A stretch of DNA of 64,000 bases from an uncultured Thermoleophilia bacterium (GCA_963715985.1 CAVQSP010000011.1:32001-96000); one strand, 5' to 3'. Positions 50,151-61,490 are shown, counted from the first letter of the stretch. Notes: generated by a model not told the origin, from the sequence alone. A program made the numbers and translations.

Positions 50151-51530
50151 ATGGCAGAGTGCGTACCGAACCGCAAGCTCATCGCGGAACTCATGGAGAA
50201 GGAAGAGAAGCGGCTCGAGAACGAGACGCCCAGGTCCTACGAGCTCTACCAGCGCGCCATCAAGCACATGCCCATGGGCGTCGCCTCCACCTATCACGCC
50301 CGCGACCCGTACCCGGTCTACTTCACCCACGGCAAGGGCCCGCACATCTGGAGCGTCGAGGGCAAGGAGATCGTCGACTTCCACAACGGCTACGGCTGCA
50401 TGGTCCAGGGTCACGCCCATCCGCTCATCGTCGAGGCCATCCAGAAGCGCGCGCCGCTCGGCACCCAGTTCGGTCTGCCGACCGAGGACGCCATCATCAT
50501 GGCCGAGCACCTCGCCGGCGCCTTCAAGCTCCCGCAGTGGCGCTTCGTCAACTCGGGCTCCGAGGCCACGATGGACGCCATCCGCGTCGCCCGCGCCTTC
50601 ACCGGCCGCGAGACCATCGTCAAGATGTTCGGCTCGTACCACGGCCATCACGACTACGTCATGGTCAGCATCGGCGCCCTCGACTACGGCAAGATCGGCC
50701 CGCGCGACAACTACGCCTCGCTCCCCTACGGCGGCGGCATCCCGCAGGCCTCGATCGACATGACCATCCCGGTGCCGTTCAACGACATCGAGAACATGAC
50801 CAAGCGCATCGAAAGCCTGATCGAGCAGGGCAACCCGCCGGCCTGCGTCATCATGGAACCGGCCATGATGAACCTCGGCGTCGTGCTGCCCGAGCCGGGC
50901 TTCCTCGAGGGCGTGCGCGAGCTCACCAAGAAGCACGGCATCGTGCTCATCTTCGACGAGGTCAAGGTCGGCATCTGCACCGCCCGCGGCGGCGCGGTCG
51001 AGCGCTGGGGCGTCCTGCCCGACATGGTCACCCTCGGCAAGGCGATCGCCGGCGGCACCCCCTGCGGCGCCATCGGCGGCAGCGAGGAGATCATGGCCAA
51101 GGTCAACGACGGTACCGTCTTCCAGGTCGGCACCTACTCGGGCAACCCGCTCAGCATGGCCGCCGCCCGCGCCAGCTTCGAGCAGGTCATGACCGACGAT
51201 GCCTACGCGCACCTCAACAAGCTGAACGACCGGATCATCGCCAAGTGCGACGCCGTCTGCCCGAAGTACGACTTCCCCGGCTACACCGTCGGCATCTCGT
51301 CCAAGGGTTGCGTGAACTTCGCCCTCGGCAAGATCACCGACTACGAGTCGTTCATCAAGGAGCAGGACGCCGAGCTCGTCGCCCTGGCGTGGCTGTACAA
51401 CATCAATCGCGGCCTCATCATCGCCCCCGGCCGCGAAGAGGAGTGGACGCTCTCGATCACGCACACCGACGCGGACGTCGACCTCTTCGTGGACGCGTTC
51501 GAGGATCTCGTGCGCGACGTCACCGCCTGA
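50151..51530 (+). CDS. class III aminotransferase (glutamate-1-semialdehyde aminomutase-like)
   Basis: VNSGSEATM, YHGHHD, LIFDEV, TLGKAIAGG and GTYSGNP. Confidence 0.9.
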   Translation: MAECVPNRKLIAELMEKEEKRLENETPRSYELYQRAIKHMPMGVASTYHARDPYPVYFTHGKGPHIWSVEGKEIVDFHNGYGCMVQGHAHPLIVEAIQKRAPLGTQFGLPTEDAIIMAEHLAGAFKLPQWRFVNSGSEATMDAIRVARAFTGRETIVKMFGSYHGHHDYVMVSIGALDYGKIGPRDNYASLPYGGGIPQASIDMTIPVPFNDIENMTKRIESLIEQGNPPACVIMEPAMMNLGVVLPEPGFLEGVRELTKKHGIVLIFDEVKVGICTARGGAVERWGVLPDMVTLGKAIAGGTPCGAIGGSEEIMAKVNDGTVFQVGTYSGNPLSMAAARASFEQVMTDDAYAHLNKLNDRIIAKCDAVCPKYDFPGYTVGISSKGCVNFALGKITDYESFIKEQDAELVALAWLYNINRGLIIAPGREEEWTLSITHTDADVDLFVDAFEDLVRDVTA

Positions 51531-51588
51531 GGCGGCAGCAGAGGGCGTGAGGCCGGCCGCCGCAGGCGGGCCGGCTCGCAAGCACGCA

Positions 51589-51626
51589 AGAGGGCGGGCG
51601 GCCCGGCACGGGCCGCCCGCCCTCTC
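51589..51626. terminator. hairpin between convergent genes
   Basis: AGAGGGCGGGCGGCCC-GGCAC-GGGCCGCCCGCCCTCT. Confidence 0.55.
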
Positions 51627-51667
51627 GCGGTTCCGGACAGGCCCGGCTGACTGCGGACGGATCCGAG

Positions 51668-52516
51668 TCAGCGGCGCGCGGACGCCGCGCCGGGCTCTCC
51701 CGCCTGCGCATCGTCGGCGAGGTCGTCGAGCAGCAGGCTGACCTCCGCCCACACGCTGTCCCGGTGCGCCCGCAGCTCGGCGGCATCCTCGGCGCGGCTC
51801 TGGCGCTCGGCCTTGACGAGCAGCACGCCGGCCTCCGCGAGCCTGCCGAGGATGCTCACGACGGTCAGCTCCTCGAGCCGCGAGGCGGCGGTGATGTCGG
51901 CCACCGTGCGCCGGTCGTCCACCAGCGCGAGCACGAGGAACTCGTCGCGCCCCATCAGCATCGACCCTCGGGGCAGCATGGCGTAGTCGACGTTGCGCAC
52001 GAGGACGGTGTTGGACTGCCCGAGCACCTCCACGGCGAGGCAGTACTCCCCGCCCAGGGCCGAGATGTCGAGCAGCACCGAGTGTGTGTCGATGGTGATG
52101 AAGTCCACCTCCGCCGCCTCGGCGTCGGCGACGAACACGAAGGCACCCGCGGTCTCCAGCTTCGCGGCGACGAGCGTGTTGGCCACTTGCCGCGAGAGTA
52201 CGTCACGCAGGTCCGCCTCGGACACGTGCCCGGCCTCCACCAGCAGGGTGCCGAGGGGACGAGGTGCCGTCTCCTGCAACGCGAGGGTGTCACGCAGCTG
52301 CGCCTCATTGACCAGGGCCCGCCTGAGCAGCTGGCTGCCGATGGCCGTGTCGGTGATGACGCGCGTGGAGTCGCGGGTCTCGGCGATGCGGCCGTGCACG
52401 AAGTGGACGTCGACGAGCCGCTCGGGACACTCGATGTGCAGGGTTCCGGACCGCCGCGCACGGCCGAGCATCTGGAGGATCTCGACCACACCGAAGGTGT
52501 CGAGTGTGCCCTGCAT
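51668..52516 (-). CDS. DUF4388/PATAN-like domain protein
   Basis: MQGTLDTFGVVEILQML...SGTLHI...GRI followed by MshEN-like LGTLLVEAGHVSE. Confidence 0.75.
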   Translation of the reverse strand: MQGTLDTFGVVEILQMLGRARRSGTLHIECPERLVDVHFVHGRIAETRDSTRVITDTAIGSQLLRRALVNEAQLRDTLALQETAPRPLGTLLVEAGHVSEADLRDVLSRQVANTLVAAKLETAGAFVFVADAEAAEVDFITIDTHSVLLDISALGGEYCLAVEVLGQSNTVLVRNVDYAMLPRGSMLMGRDEFLVLALVDDRRTVADITAASRLEELTVVSILGRLAEAGVLLVKAERQSRAEDAAELRAHRDSVWAEVSLLLDDLADDAQAGEPGAASARR

Positions 52517-52544
52517 CGCAGCGTGAAGTCTATAATCGGCGGAG

Positions 52545-53195
52545 ATGAACGTCGACCTGCACACGCACACCTATCCGGCCTCGACCTGCTCTCGCATCAG
52601 CTTTCGCGACTACATCGCCTGGTGCACCGAGGCCGCCGTGGAAGCGGTGGCGCTCACCAACCACGGCGACGTCGCCGACAACCGCACGCTCGAAGGAGCA
52701 CTCGCCGCCGAGGGCGTGCTGCTCATCCACGGCGTGGAGATCAGCACGCTGTTCGGCGATTTCGTCATCTTCTCCCCCGACCTCGACTACCTGGCCACCT
52801 TCCGTGACGTGCAGGACTTCGTGCGCGCCGGTGAGCTCCGCGACGACGCCGCCATGGTGTGGGTACATCCGGCGGCGGGCGGCGGGCGCAGCGGGTCCGC
52901 CTACTACTCCGGCCTCGAGCGCATGGTGGCCGATTCCATCCACGCGGTGGAGGTCTTCAACGGCAGCTGGCTCGGCGACAAGTACGTACAGACGGCCGAG
53001 CAGATCGCCGGGCAGCTCGGCTTGGCGCGCACCGGCGGCAGCGACGCCCACGACGCCGCGGAGCTGATGGCGTGCTACACGGAGCTGCCCGACCCCATCC
53101 GTTCCACGGCGGACGTCGTGGACGCACTGCAGCGGGGCCACACGATCCCGCACCGCCGCGAAAGGGTCAAGCGGCGACGGTTCGGCATCTTCTAG
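52545..53195 (+). CDS. PHP domain protein
   Basis: DLHTHT, LTNHG, GVEIST, VEVFNG and GGSDAH. Confidence 0.9.
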   Translation: MNVDLHTHTYPASTCSRISFRDYIAWCTEAAVEAVALTNHGDVADNRTLEGALAAEGVLLIHGVEISTLFGDFVIFSPDLDYLATFRDVQDFVRAGELRDDAAMVWVHPAAGGGRSGSAYYSGLERMVADSIHAVEVFNGSWLGDKYVQTAEQIAGQLGLARTGGSDAHDAAELMACYTELPDPIRSTADVVDALQRGHTIPHRRERVKRRRFGIF

Positions 53196-53203
53196 GAGGC
53201 GGC

Positions 53204-53602
53204 GTGAGCACGTTCGAGGTTCGTACAGACCACCGCGTGGTGCTCGTCGACATCACCGCCCAGGTGCAGACGGCGGTGGCCGACAGCGATGCACAGGACG
53301 GCGCCGTGCTGGTGTACGTGCCGCACACCACCGCCGCCGTGACCATCAACGAGGCGGCCGACCCATCGGTGCGCGCAGACATCGCCATGGCGATGGAGAG
53401 GCTGGTACCGTCCGACCTCCCCTTCAGGCACCTCGAGGGCAACTCCGACGCGCACGTGAAGGCCAGCCTCTTGGGCAGCAGCGTCACCATACCGCTCGCC
53501 GGCGGGCGCCTGCTGCTGGGCGCCTGGCAGGGCGTGTACTTCGCCGAGTTCGACGGGCCGCGCCGCAGGCACGTCACGGTCAGCGTGCTCGCGGCGCGCT
53601 GA
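53204..53602 (+). CDS. YjbQ/UPF0047 family protein
   Basis: PHTTAAVTINE, HLEGNSDAHVKASL and WQGVYFAEFDGPR. Confidence 0.92.
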   Translation: MSTFEVRTDHRVVLVDITAQVQTAVADSDAQDGAVLVYVPHTTAAVTINEAADPSVRADIAMAMERLVPSDLPFRHLEGNSDAHVKASLLGSSVTIPLAGGRLLLGAWQGVYFAEFDGPRRRHVTVSVLAAR

Positions 53603-53652
53603 GCGTCGCTTCTCCTCCGTCCGCGCCGCACTGCCGCGGCGCCGACCGCGCC

Positions 53653-55156
53653 TCAGCGCCCCAACACGCGCTCGAAGAGGTGCTCCAGGGGGTCGGTGCA
53701 CAGGCGGCCGCCGCCGTGCTTGAGCAGGAGGCGCTCGGCCGGCCAGTGCTGCCCGTCTGACCACATCTGTCTGAGCCAGGCGGTGGCCTCCGGCTTGCGG
53801 AACCAGTCCATTCCGTGGCGGTCCTGCAGCATCATGCGGAAGTGGCCCTCGAGCATCCACGCGCGCAGGTACTCGGCGCAGTAGAAGGCGTCGTCCACGT
53901 CCACCAGGTAGTTCTCGGGCGGCACGTCGACCTTGATGGCGGCGCTGAGCTTGCGGCTGTACACGCCGGCCACGGCCGCGAGGTCGCCCGAGCGCGCGAT
54001 GGAGCTCGGTCTCGTAGGAGAGCTTGGCCGCGTAGCGGCGGATGAAGTACAGGTCGCACACGGCGGCGAAGCGCAGGTACCCGGACGAATCCGTGAACCC
54101 GAGGATCTCCTCCAACCAGCGGGCATTGAGGACGAGGTTCTGCATGGTGAAGGCGAAGCCCTCGGTGACGGCGTTGTCGCCGAGATGCCGGTACTCGAAC
54201 GGCAGCCCGGGATCGGTGTGCGCGAAGTGCTCGGTGTGGCCGGCCTCGTGGAAGAGGGCGCCGTAGTCGTCCTGGCCGCCGTGCGGGAGCACGACCAGGT
54301 AGATCTCGCCGGGCACCCTGACGGGAGCACAGAAGGCCCGCGGCGACTTGAGCGGCCGGACCTCGGTGTCGAGGTGGACGTTGGTCTGCGCATCCAGGTC
54401 GATGCCCATGCCGGCCAGCGTGTCGCGCAGCGAGGGCACCAGCCGCTCCGATGTGAAGACCTCGTCGAAGACCGGCGCCCGCCACAGGTAGGGCAGATCG
54501 GCGAACGTGAGCTCATCGAGCGTGAGCCCCAGACGTTCGCGGGTGAGCTTGTCCATGGAGCGCTCGTACACGCCCTCGGTCTTGGCGAGAAACGCCTCGA
54601 GCTCCGCGCGCAGGTGCAGGTAGTCGTGCCCCTTCACGGTCGAGTAGAGCTCCATGTAGTCGGGATAGCCCAGGCCCACGGCCAGCGCGTGGCACTCGCC
54701 CCACATCCGCAGGAGCAGGGGGTTGAGGTGCTCCGCCGTGGCCTCGAGGCGGGCCTTCTGGATGCGCGCCCGCCGGTCCCGGTCGGCCTCGTTGGCCTGG
54801 ACGACGCCGGCCTGGCGCAGGCCGATGGGCTCGCCGTCGACCTCGATGGAGAGGCCGCCCTCGGTGTTGGCGATCTCGTCGCCGAGGAGCCTGGTCTCGC
54901 CGCCCAGGTAACCGTCCACCGCGAAGGTGACGAGGTAGGCCAGCTGGCGCTTGGGCTCGAGATCGGCGGTGGCCTCGTAGAGAGCGTCGAGCTCGAGGAC
55001 GGCGTCGCGCGTGAAGAGCTCTGGGAACCGCTCGTAGACGGCCGCGGTGTCGCAGACGGGCTTGCGCCCGGAGAAGTGCTCGTAGTACTCACGGTCGAGG
55101 GCGTCCATGAAGTCCTCGGCGCGGCGGCGATACGTCTCGAGATCGAGCGCGGTCAC
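53653..55156 (-). CDS. M3-like zinc metallopeptidase, frameshift near 53998
   Basis: AAGGAGG RBS before GTG 55156; KSPRAFC, FHEAGHTEH and TEGFA. Confidence 0.75.
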
Positions 55157-55360
55157 TGGGGCCTCCTTCACGGGCAGCACGTCCTCGGGTCGCGAGCCCG
55201 GCTCGCGACCCGAGGACTCTACCAGCTGCAGGGGCGCGTCTACAGCGCGCCGGGGCGCCGGGAGGTGGACAATCGACCGGCGCGGCGCAAGGGCTGCGGC
55301 GCGAGAGTCCGCGAACCGGCGGTTCGCGGCGCAGCCGGGCACCCGGTACACTGGGCGCCC

Positions 55361-56749
55361 ATGCCGCCGCGCCCCGGAGACACCCTCGACCTCGACATCA
55401 CCACGCTCGCCTACGGCGGGCAGGGTGTGGCGCGCGTGGACGAGTTCGTCGTGTTCGTGCGCGGCGCCGTACCGGGCGACCGTGTGCGGGCCCGCGTGAC
55501 GCGCCGCAAGAAGAGCTACGCGGAGGCGCGGATGCTCGAGCTTCTCACCCCTTCGCCGCGCCGCGTGGCCCCCGTGTGTGGCCACACCGCGGACTGCGGC
55601 GGGTGCGAGTGGCAGACGCTGGCCTACGAGGCACAGCTGGAGTTCAAGCAGCAGCAGGTGGTGGAGTCGCTCACGCGCCTCGGGCACCTGGACGGCTACG
55701 AGCTCGAGCCCATCCGCGGCATGGCGGAGCCCTGGCGCTACCGCAACAAGATGGAGTTCTCGTTCGGCGAGGACGACGACGGCCGCCTGCTGCTGGGCCT
55801 GCACCGTCGCGGCTCGTGGCGCGAGATCGTGGAGACCACCGACTGCCTCCTCGCCTCGGAGCGCATGAACCGGGCGCGGCAGGCGGTCGCCGACGAGTGC
55901 CGCGCCCTCGGCCTCAAGGTGTTCGGGCGCGAAGGCCACGAGGGTCTCCTCCGCCACCTCGTGGTCCGCGAGAGCCTCTCCACAGGCGACCTGCTGCTCA
56001 ACCTCTTCGTGGCGGCGCGGTTCCCGGAGGAGGCGGCGCTGGCGGAGCGCGTCGCCGCCGCCTGCGGCTGCACGTCGTTCGCCGTCACCGTGAACGACAC
56101 GCCGGCGGATGCCGCCGTGGGCGACGGCCCACACATGCTGCTGGGGCCGCCGTTCATCCGCGAGCGCCTCGCCGGCGTCGACCTGCACGTGCCGGCGACG
56201 GCCTTTCTGCAGACCAACAGCGCCATGTGCGATGAGCTCTACACCGTCGCGCTGCGCTTCGCCGAGCCCGACCCCGCCAGACCGGCGGTCGACCTCTACT
56301 GCGGCATCGGTTCGCTCAGCCTGCCGCTGGCGCGTCGCGCCGCCTCGGTCCAGGCCGTGGAGATCCAGCAGGAGGCCGTGGTGGCCGCCCGGGAGAACGC
56401 CGCGCTCAACGCCATCCGCAACGTCGAGTTCCACGCTCGCGACGTGAGGCCCCTGCTCAAGTCCCCTCCCCACGCCACCCTGGACGCCGCGCGCGCCAAC
56501 GACCTCGCGCGGCCCGCGGTGGTGCTGGTCGACCCGCCTCGCGCAGGCCTGGCGCGCAAGGCCCTGCAACGTGCCGCGGCGCTGGGCGCGGACCGCTTCG
56601 TCTACGTGTCCTGCAACCCCACCACGCTGGCCGGCAACGGGGCGGAGCTCGCCGAGCTCGGATACCGGCTCACGCGCGTGGCGCCGGTGGACATGTTCCC
56701 GCAGACGCACCACATCGAGACGGTGGCGCTCTTCGTGCGTGAGAGCTGA
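55361..56749 (+). CDS. rlmD: 23S rRNA m5U1939 methyltransferase
   Basis: TRAM domain, CGGC, YRNKMEF, FLQTN, DLYCGIG, DPPRAG, YVSCNP and DMFPQTHHIE. Confidence 0.93.
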   Translation: MPPRPGDTLDLDITTLAYGGQGVARVDEFVVFVRGAVPGDRVRARVTRRKKSYAEARMLELLTPSPRRVAPVCGHTADCGGCEWQTLAYEAQLEFKQQQVVESLTRLGHLDGYELEPIRGMAEPWRYRNKMEFSFGEDDDGRLLLGLHRRGSWREIVETTDCLLASERMNRARQAVADECRALGLKVFGREGHEGLLRHLVVRESLSTGDLLLNLFVAARFPEEAALAERVAAACGCTSFAVTVNDTPADAAVGDGPHMLLGPPFIRERLAGVDLHVPATAFLQTNSAMCDELYTVALRFAEPDPARPAVDLYCGIGSLSLPLARRAASVQAVEIQQEAVVAARENAALNAIRNVEFHARDVRPLLKSPPHATLDAARANDLARPAVVLVDPPRAGLARKALQRAAALGADRFVYVSCNPTTLAGNGAELAELGYRLTRVAPVDMFPQTHHIETVALFVRES

Positions 56750-56769
56750 GGGGCCCCTTCAGGCGTGAC

Positions 56770-57528
56770 TCAGGCGGCCGCCCGCGGCGCGCGCAGCTTG
56801 GCGAGCAGCAGATCGGCGTTCACGGCCAGGAAGGCCACGGAGAGCAGCGGCAGCGCCGGCAGCGCCGTCCACCACATGGCGGCGGCGATGGTGCCCAGGA
56901 ACGAGGCGATCATGGCCACCGCACTCCACCCCGTACGCAGGCCGAAGCGCTGCGCCGTGCCCAGGTACAGGGCGAAGAAGATGACGTCACTGATGCCGAG
57001 CCCGGTGAACGCGTCGCGGTAGGAGTACCCCGCCCAGCTCACGGCGACGGTGAAGTAGCCGACCACCACCGGGCCGTGACCCAGAAGCGCCTTGGTCGGC
57101 CCCGCTGCGACGCTCACGACGTCCACGACGGCGGACACGACAGCCACCACCACGATCCAGCTGAGGCGCTCGAGCTCGTCGGCGATCCAGATGCCGAGCG
57201 CCGCCGCCGCGACCACCTTGGCCACGTTGGCGAACGGCACCCACCCCAGCCATACGCAGAGCACCGCGACGGGCAGCGCGACAACGGCCAGCAGCGGCAG
57301 GCGTCGTCCGAGCCGCCGCAGGGGCAGCATCCCCCACACGAGCACGCCCATCAGGGCGAGCACGATGAGAGACGACAGCATGATGTCCACGCGCACCGGC
57401 GGGGACGGCAGAACGTATGAGAACGACGTCCAGAGGATGAGCGCAGCGGCGGCCACGAACGCCGGCATGAGAGCCGCAGCGAGGGGCGCGCGGCCCGTCT
57501 GGGGCCCATCGGGCGGCGGGCCGCTCAC
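56770..57528 (-). CDS. polytopic membrane protein with presenilin/SPP-like motifs
   Basis: Multiple TM segments; VVDVVSV, GLGISDVIF and LPALP. Confidence 0.55.
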   Translation of the reverse strand: MSGPPPDGPQTGRAPLAAALMPAFVAAAALILWTSFSYVLPSPPVRVDIMLSSLIVLALMGVLVWGMLPLRRLGRRLPLLAVVALPVAVLCVWLGWVPFANVAKVVAAAALGIWIADELERLSWIVVVAVVSAVVDVVSVAAGPTKALLGHGPVVVGYFTVAVSWAGYSYRDAFTGLGISDVIFFALYLGTAQRFGLRTGWSAVAMIASFLGTIAAAMWWTALPALPLLSVAFLAVNADLLLAKLRAPRAAA

Positions 57529-57541
57529 GGAAGTGCCGGGC

Positions 57542-58141
57542 TCAGTACGGCGGGATGTTGTCGTACCAATCGCCGAGCCGCCGGAAGGCACGCCAGAAGG
57601 CGGCCTTGAGACGCTGCTCGTCGAGCGACGCATCGATGTCCGGCGTGACGAGCACCTCCGTGCCCGGCGTGAGCTCCACGATCTCGCCGGGCTTGTACTC
57701 CACGGTGCGCGCGAGCGGCACTTCAGCGGCGTTGAGGGCCGCCACCGTCTCCTCCCCCATCGCGACGATGAGCTTGGGACTGACGATGGCGAGCTCGCGA
57801 CGCAGGTGGTCGAGGCACTTGGCCTCGGGCTTTCCGCGCACCTCGCCGCACTTCACGACGTTCGTGCCGTAGAGCTGCAGGGGGTCGATCTTGAGACGCT
57901 GGCAGCTCTTCATGAGCGCGGTGCCGGAGCGCCCGAAGAAGGCGACGCCCTCGTGCAGCTCGGACGGGCGCGCCTGGTACTTGAGCATGAAGATGTCCGC
58001 CATGGGGTGGCCGGACCCGATGACCGGCATGGTGCGCGCGTGACTGCAGCGGGAGCACCTCAGGATCTCGCCGGTGAGCTCGTTGATCTCCGAGATGGCT
58101 CTGGTCAGGTACTTGTCGTAGATCTCGTTGGGTTGCGCCAC
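57542..58141 (-). CDS. uracil-DNA glycosylase family 4-like protein
   Basis: CSRC, EGVAFFGRSG, YGTNVVKC and PKLIVAMG. Confidence 0.75.
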   Translation of the reverse strand: MAQPNEIYDKYLTRAISEINELTGEILRCSRCSHARTMPVIGSGHPMADIFMLKYQARPSELHEGVAFFGRSGTALMKSCQRLKIDPLQLYGTNVVKCGEVRGKPEAKCLDHLRRELAIVSPKLIVAMGEETVAALNAAEVPLARTVEYKPGEIVELTPGTEVLVTPDIDASLDEQRLKAAFWRAFRRLGDWYDNIPPY

Positions 58142-58242
58142 GCGATTCCTCGATTCGGCGTGTCCGCTTGCTAGTTCGCGCCGTGCTCGTGAAGTCCTCG
58201 GATTCCGGCAGCAACTGCCGGGGGTCCTGGATTATACGCGCG

Positions 58243-60147
58243 TTATGCAGGGGAATCATCCTGCCCGGTGCTGCGTCCGGGCCCACTCATGGTGGTCTGG
58301 ATGAACTTGAGCGATTGCAGGTAGATGAGGCTGCGAGGGCGGCGCACGATGCGGCTCTCGGCGAGGGCCGCGACGAAGTCGCCCGGCCCGGTGAAGTCGT
58401 CGATGCCGCACATGGCGGTGCCGATGCCCGGCAGCACGTGCGAGTCGCTGCCGGCGGCGGCCGGGATGCGGTACCGCTGCGCGAACTGCTCGGCGAGCTC
58501 GTTGAAGCCGGGGAACGCGAGCCGCGAGTTGAAGACCTCCATCACGTCGAGGTCGGCCACGTTGGCGCGCAGCACGGGCGGCGCCGGGATGGTGTGCAGG
58601 CGGTCGAACGGGTGCGGCACGTAGACGACGCCGCCTTGCTCGCGGATGGCGGCGATGGTGTCCGCGAACGTCATCCCCCCGGGGATGGTGCGCTCGAGGA
58701 ACAGGCCGATGACCTCGCCCTCGCTGGACTTGACCTCCTCCCCCACGATCACGCGCACGCCGTAGCGGTCGGCGATCTCGCGCGCCTCCAGCCCGCCGGC
58801 GGCACTATCGTGGTCCGTGATGGCGATCACGTCGAGGCCCACCTCGCGGGCACGCTCGAGGATGTCGGCCACCGGCATGGCACAGTCCTTGCTGTGGTGC
58901 GAGTGCACGTGGAAGTCGGCGAACAGCTCGCGCTGCTGCCGGCGGCGCCGCGGCAGCGGCTGGCGGCGGCGGCGAGCCACCTCCTCGTACACGTCTTCAG
59001 TCTCGGCAGCCACGCGGTCCCAGTCGTAGCGGCGCACGGTGCGTGACGCCTCGTCGGCGAGCCGGCCGCGAAGTCCCGGCTCGTCGAGCAGGCGCCGCAC
59101 GGCCGCGGCCAGCTGCTTCGGCTGCCGCGGCGTGACGAGCAGGCCGTTCACCTGGTGGCGCACGACCTCGTCGTAGCCGGGCAGCCGGGAGGCCACCACG
59201 GTGGCTCCTCCGGCCATCGCCTCCAGCAGGGACACGGCCGCCGTCTCCGGGCCCAGCGAGGGCGCGCAGAAGGCGTCCGCGCGCCCGTACAGCTCGGGCA
59301 TGTCCGCGTCCGGCACGCGCCCGAGAAAGGCGACGCGGCCCGCGAACGCCGGGGGCACCAGCCGCGCGTACCGGCGCTCCTGACGGTCGGCGCCGCACAC
59401 GTCCAGCGTGAGCTCGGCCGCGCGGTCGTCCAGGTAGCGCAGCGAGCGCAACAGCACCCCGAGGCCTTTGCGGCGTGACTCGACGCCGGCGAACAGCAGG
59501 CGCAGAGGGCCGGGCTCCCTGCCGTCGCCGGCCCCGAACCGCTGCAGGTCGATGCCCGGCGGGATGACCCTGTACGCGCCCGGGAAGGTGACCGCCGCCG
59601 CGTCGCGCGTGGCCACCGAGGAGGCGATCGCGGCGTCCAGCGAGTCGAAGAGGCGACGCAGCTTGGGCCGCGTGGCGAGGAACGGCGCCGTCCGCTCCGG
59701 GTTGGCGTGGAAGGTGGCCACCAACGGGCAGCCGGCGTGGCGCAGCGCGGTCCAGCCCAGGCCGGGCACGAACGGCTCGTGCAGGTGCAGCAGGTCCAGG
59801 TCCTCGGCCTCGAGCAGGACGTCGATGTTGGCGATGAGGTCGGCAGGCGCCGCGATCAGCTTCAGCGAACGGCTCTCCCGCACCGCATACGTGGCGCCGG
59901 CGAAGAAGTAACGCGGGTACGGCTCGTCGGGCAGGAAGACCGTGTCGCGCTCACCGGTGAGCACCGCCTGGACGCGCCGGCGGGCCTCACTCACCGCCTG
60001 GCCGTCGGAGCTCGGCGCGATGACGGTGACGCGGTGGCCGCGCGCAGTGAGCCGCTCCACGAGGGACTCCACCTGGCGATTGACGCCCGAGGGTGTGGTC
60101 CACAGGAACGGCGTGAGGATGCCTATCTTGTGCGTCATGGCGTTCAT
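58243..60147 (-). CDS. GT4 glycosyltransferase (PimA-like) fused to a C-terminal PHP domain
   Basis: HLHEPFVP, VATFH, RKGL and LLEAMA, then DFHVHS, ITDH, GEEV, PHPFD, EVFNSR and GSDSH. Confidence 0.85.
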   Translation of the reverse strand: MNAMTHKIGILTPFLWTTPSGVNRQVESLVERLTARGHRVTVIAPSSDGQAVSEARRRVQAVLTGERDTVFLPDEPYPRYFFAGATYAVRESRSLKLIAAPADLIANIDVLLEAEDLDLLHLHEPFVPGLGWTALRHAGCPLVATFHANPERTAPFLATRPKLRRLFDSLDAAIASSVATRDAAAVTFPGAYRVIPPGIDLQRFGAGDGREPGPLRLLFAGVESRRKGLGVLLRSLRYLDDRAAELTLDVCGADRQERRYARLVPPAFAGRVAFLGRVPDADMPELYGRADAFCAPSLGPETAAVSLLEAMAGGATVVASRLPGYDEVVRHQVNGLLVTPRQPKQLAAAVRRLLDEPGLRGRLADEASRTVRRYDWDRVAAETEDVYEEVARRRRQPLPRRRRQQRELFADFHVHSHHSKDCAMPVADILERAREVGLDVIAITDHDSAAGGLEAREIADRYGVRVIVGEEVKSSEGEVIGLFLERTIPGGMTFADTIAAIREQGGVVYVPHPFDRLHTIPAPPVLRANVADLDVMEVFNSRLAFPGFNELAEQFAQRYRIPAAAGSDSHVLPGIGTAMCGIDDFTGPGDFVAALAESRIVRRPRSLIYLQSLKFIQTTMSGPGRSTGQDDSPA

Positions 60148-60264
60148 GGTACAGCACGCCGCCTGCCGCGAACGCGCGAGGGGGCGGTCAGGGCGACTGC
60201 CCTGACCGCCCCCTCGGGACAGCCCTGGTGCTGCGCGGCCGGCGCGCCGGCCGCGGGCGCGCCG

Positions 60265-61368
60265 CTACCCCTGGCAGACGGCGGTGGCGCCCTTGCCCTC
60301 GCCGGCGATGAACTCCTCGGTCATGCGCCGGCACTGGTCGTCGGGGTGCTGCACCGGCGGCGACTTCATGAAGTAGCTGCTGGGCGCCTCGAGCGAGCCG
60401 GCCAGACCGCGATCAAGGCCGATCTTGGCGCAGCGCACGGCGTCGATGACGATGCCGGCGCTGTTGGGCGAGTCCACGACCTCGAGCTTGAGCTCGATGT
60501 TGAGCGGCACGTCGCCGAAGGTACGACCCTCCATGCGGATGTAGGCCCACTTGCGGTCGTCCAGCCACTCCACGTAGTCGCTGGGCCCGATGTGCACGTT
60601 CTTGGCGCCCATGTCGTAGTCCAGCTGGCTGGTGACGGCATTGGTCTTGCTGACCTTCTTGCTCTCCAGACGCTCGCGCTCGAGCATGTTGAGGAAGTCG
60701 GTGTTACCGCCGACGTTGAGCTGGCTTGTGCGCTCGAGCTTCACACCGCGCTCGCGCATGAGCCGCGTGAGCACGCGGTGCACGATAGTGGCGCCCACCT
60801 GGCTCTTGATGTCGTCGCCGATGATGGGCACGCCGGCCTCGACGAAGCGCTTCTGCCAGTACGGCTCACGGGCGATGAACACGGGGATGCAGTTCACCAT
60901 GGCGCAGCCGGCGGTGAGGATCTGCTCGGTGTACCACTTGGTGGCCTCTTCGCTGCCCACGGGCAGGTAGTTGACCACCACGTCCGCCTGCGTCTCCTTG
61001 AGGATGCCGACGATGTCGGCGGTGGCGCCGGGCGCCTTCTCGATGATCTGCGAGAGGTACTTGCCGAGCCCGTCGTGGGTCATGCCGCGCACCACCTTGA
61101 CGTCCTTCTTCGGTACCTCGGCGAACTTGACGGTGTTGTTGGGCTTGGTGAAGACGGCCTCGCTGAGGTCCTTGCCGACCTTGTTCTTGTCGATGTCGAT
61201 GGCCGCCACGAACTCGATGTCGCGGATGTGGTAGCCGCCGACCACAGGGTGCATGAGGCCGGGCACGAAGTCGGTCTTCTTCGCGTTCTTGTAGAACTCC
61301 ACGCCCTGCACGAGGGACGATGCGCAGTTGCCCACGCCGATGATGGCGACGCGTACCGGGTTACCCAA
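60265..61368 (-). CDS. ino1: myo-inositol-1-phosphate synthase
   Basis: [39 protein letters not shown] and DSPNSAG. Confidence 0.95.
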   Translation of the reverse strand: MGNPVRVAIIGVGNCASSLVQGVEFYKNAKKTDFVPGLMHPVVGGYHIRDIEFVAAIDIDKNKVGKDLSEAVFTKPNNTVKFAEVPKKDVKVVRGMTHDGLGKYLSQIIEKAPGATADIVGILKETQADVVVNYLPVGSEEATKWYTEQILTAGCAMVNCIPVFIAREPYWQKRFVEAGVPIIGDDIKSQVGATIVHRVLTRLMRERGVKLERTSQLNVGGNTDFLNMLERERLESKKVSKTNAVTSQLDYDMGAKNVHIGPSDYVEWLDDRKWAYIRMEGRTFGDVPLNIELKLEVVDSPNSAGIVIDAVRCAKIGLDRGLAGSLEAPSSYFMKSPPVQHPDDQCRRMTEEFIAGEGKGATAVCQG

Positions 61369-61490
61369 GTTAGGTCTACCTCCACTGGCTGCGGCCGCTG
61401 TCGCGGCCGCAAGGTCAAAGCCGACTGCGGGCGCGCGAACGCTCCCGCCGGGCTCACAATGACGCGCGGCAGTATATCACGCGTGAGTGT

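Noticed and set aside
53192-56713. 1173-aa ORF as a single gene
   Set aside because: Only the part from 55156 to about 53998 is real (peptidase). The rest is antisense to rlmD and yjbQ, joined through a frameshift.
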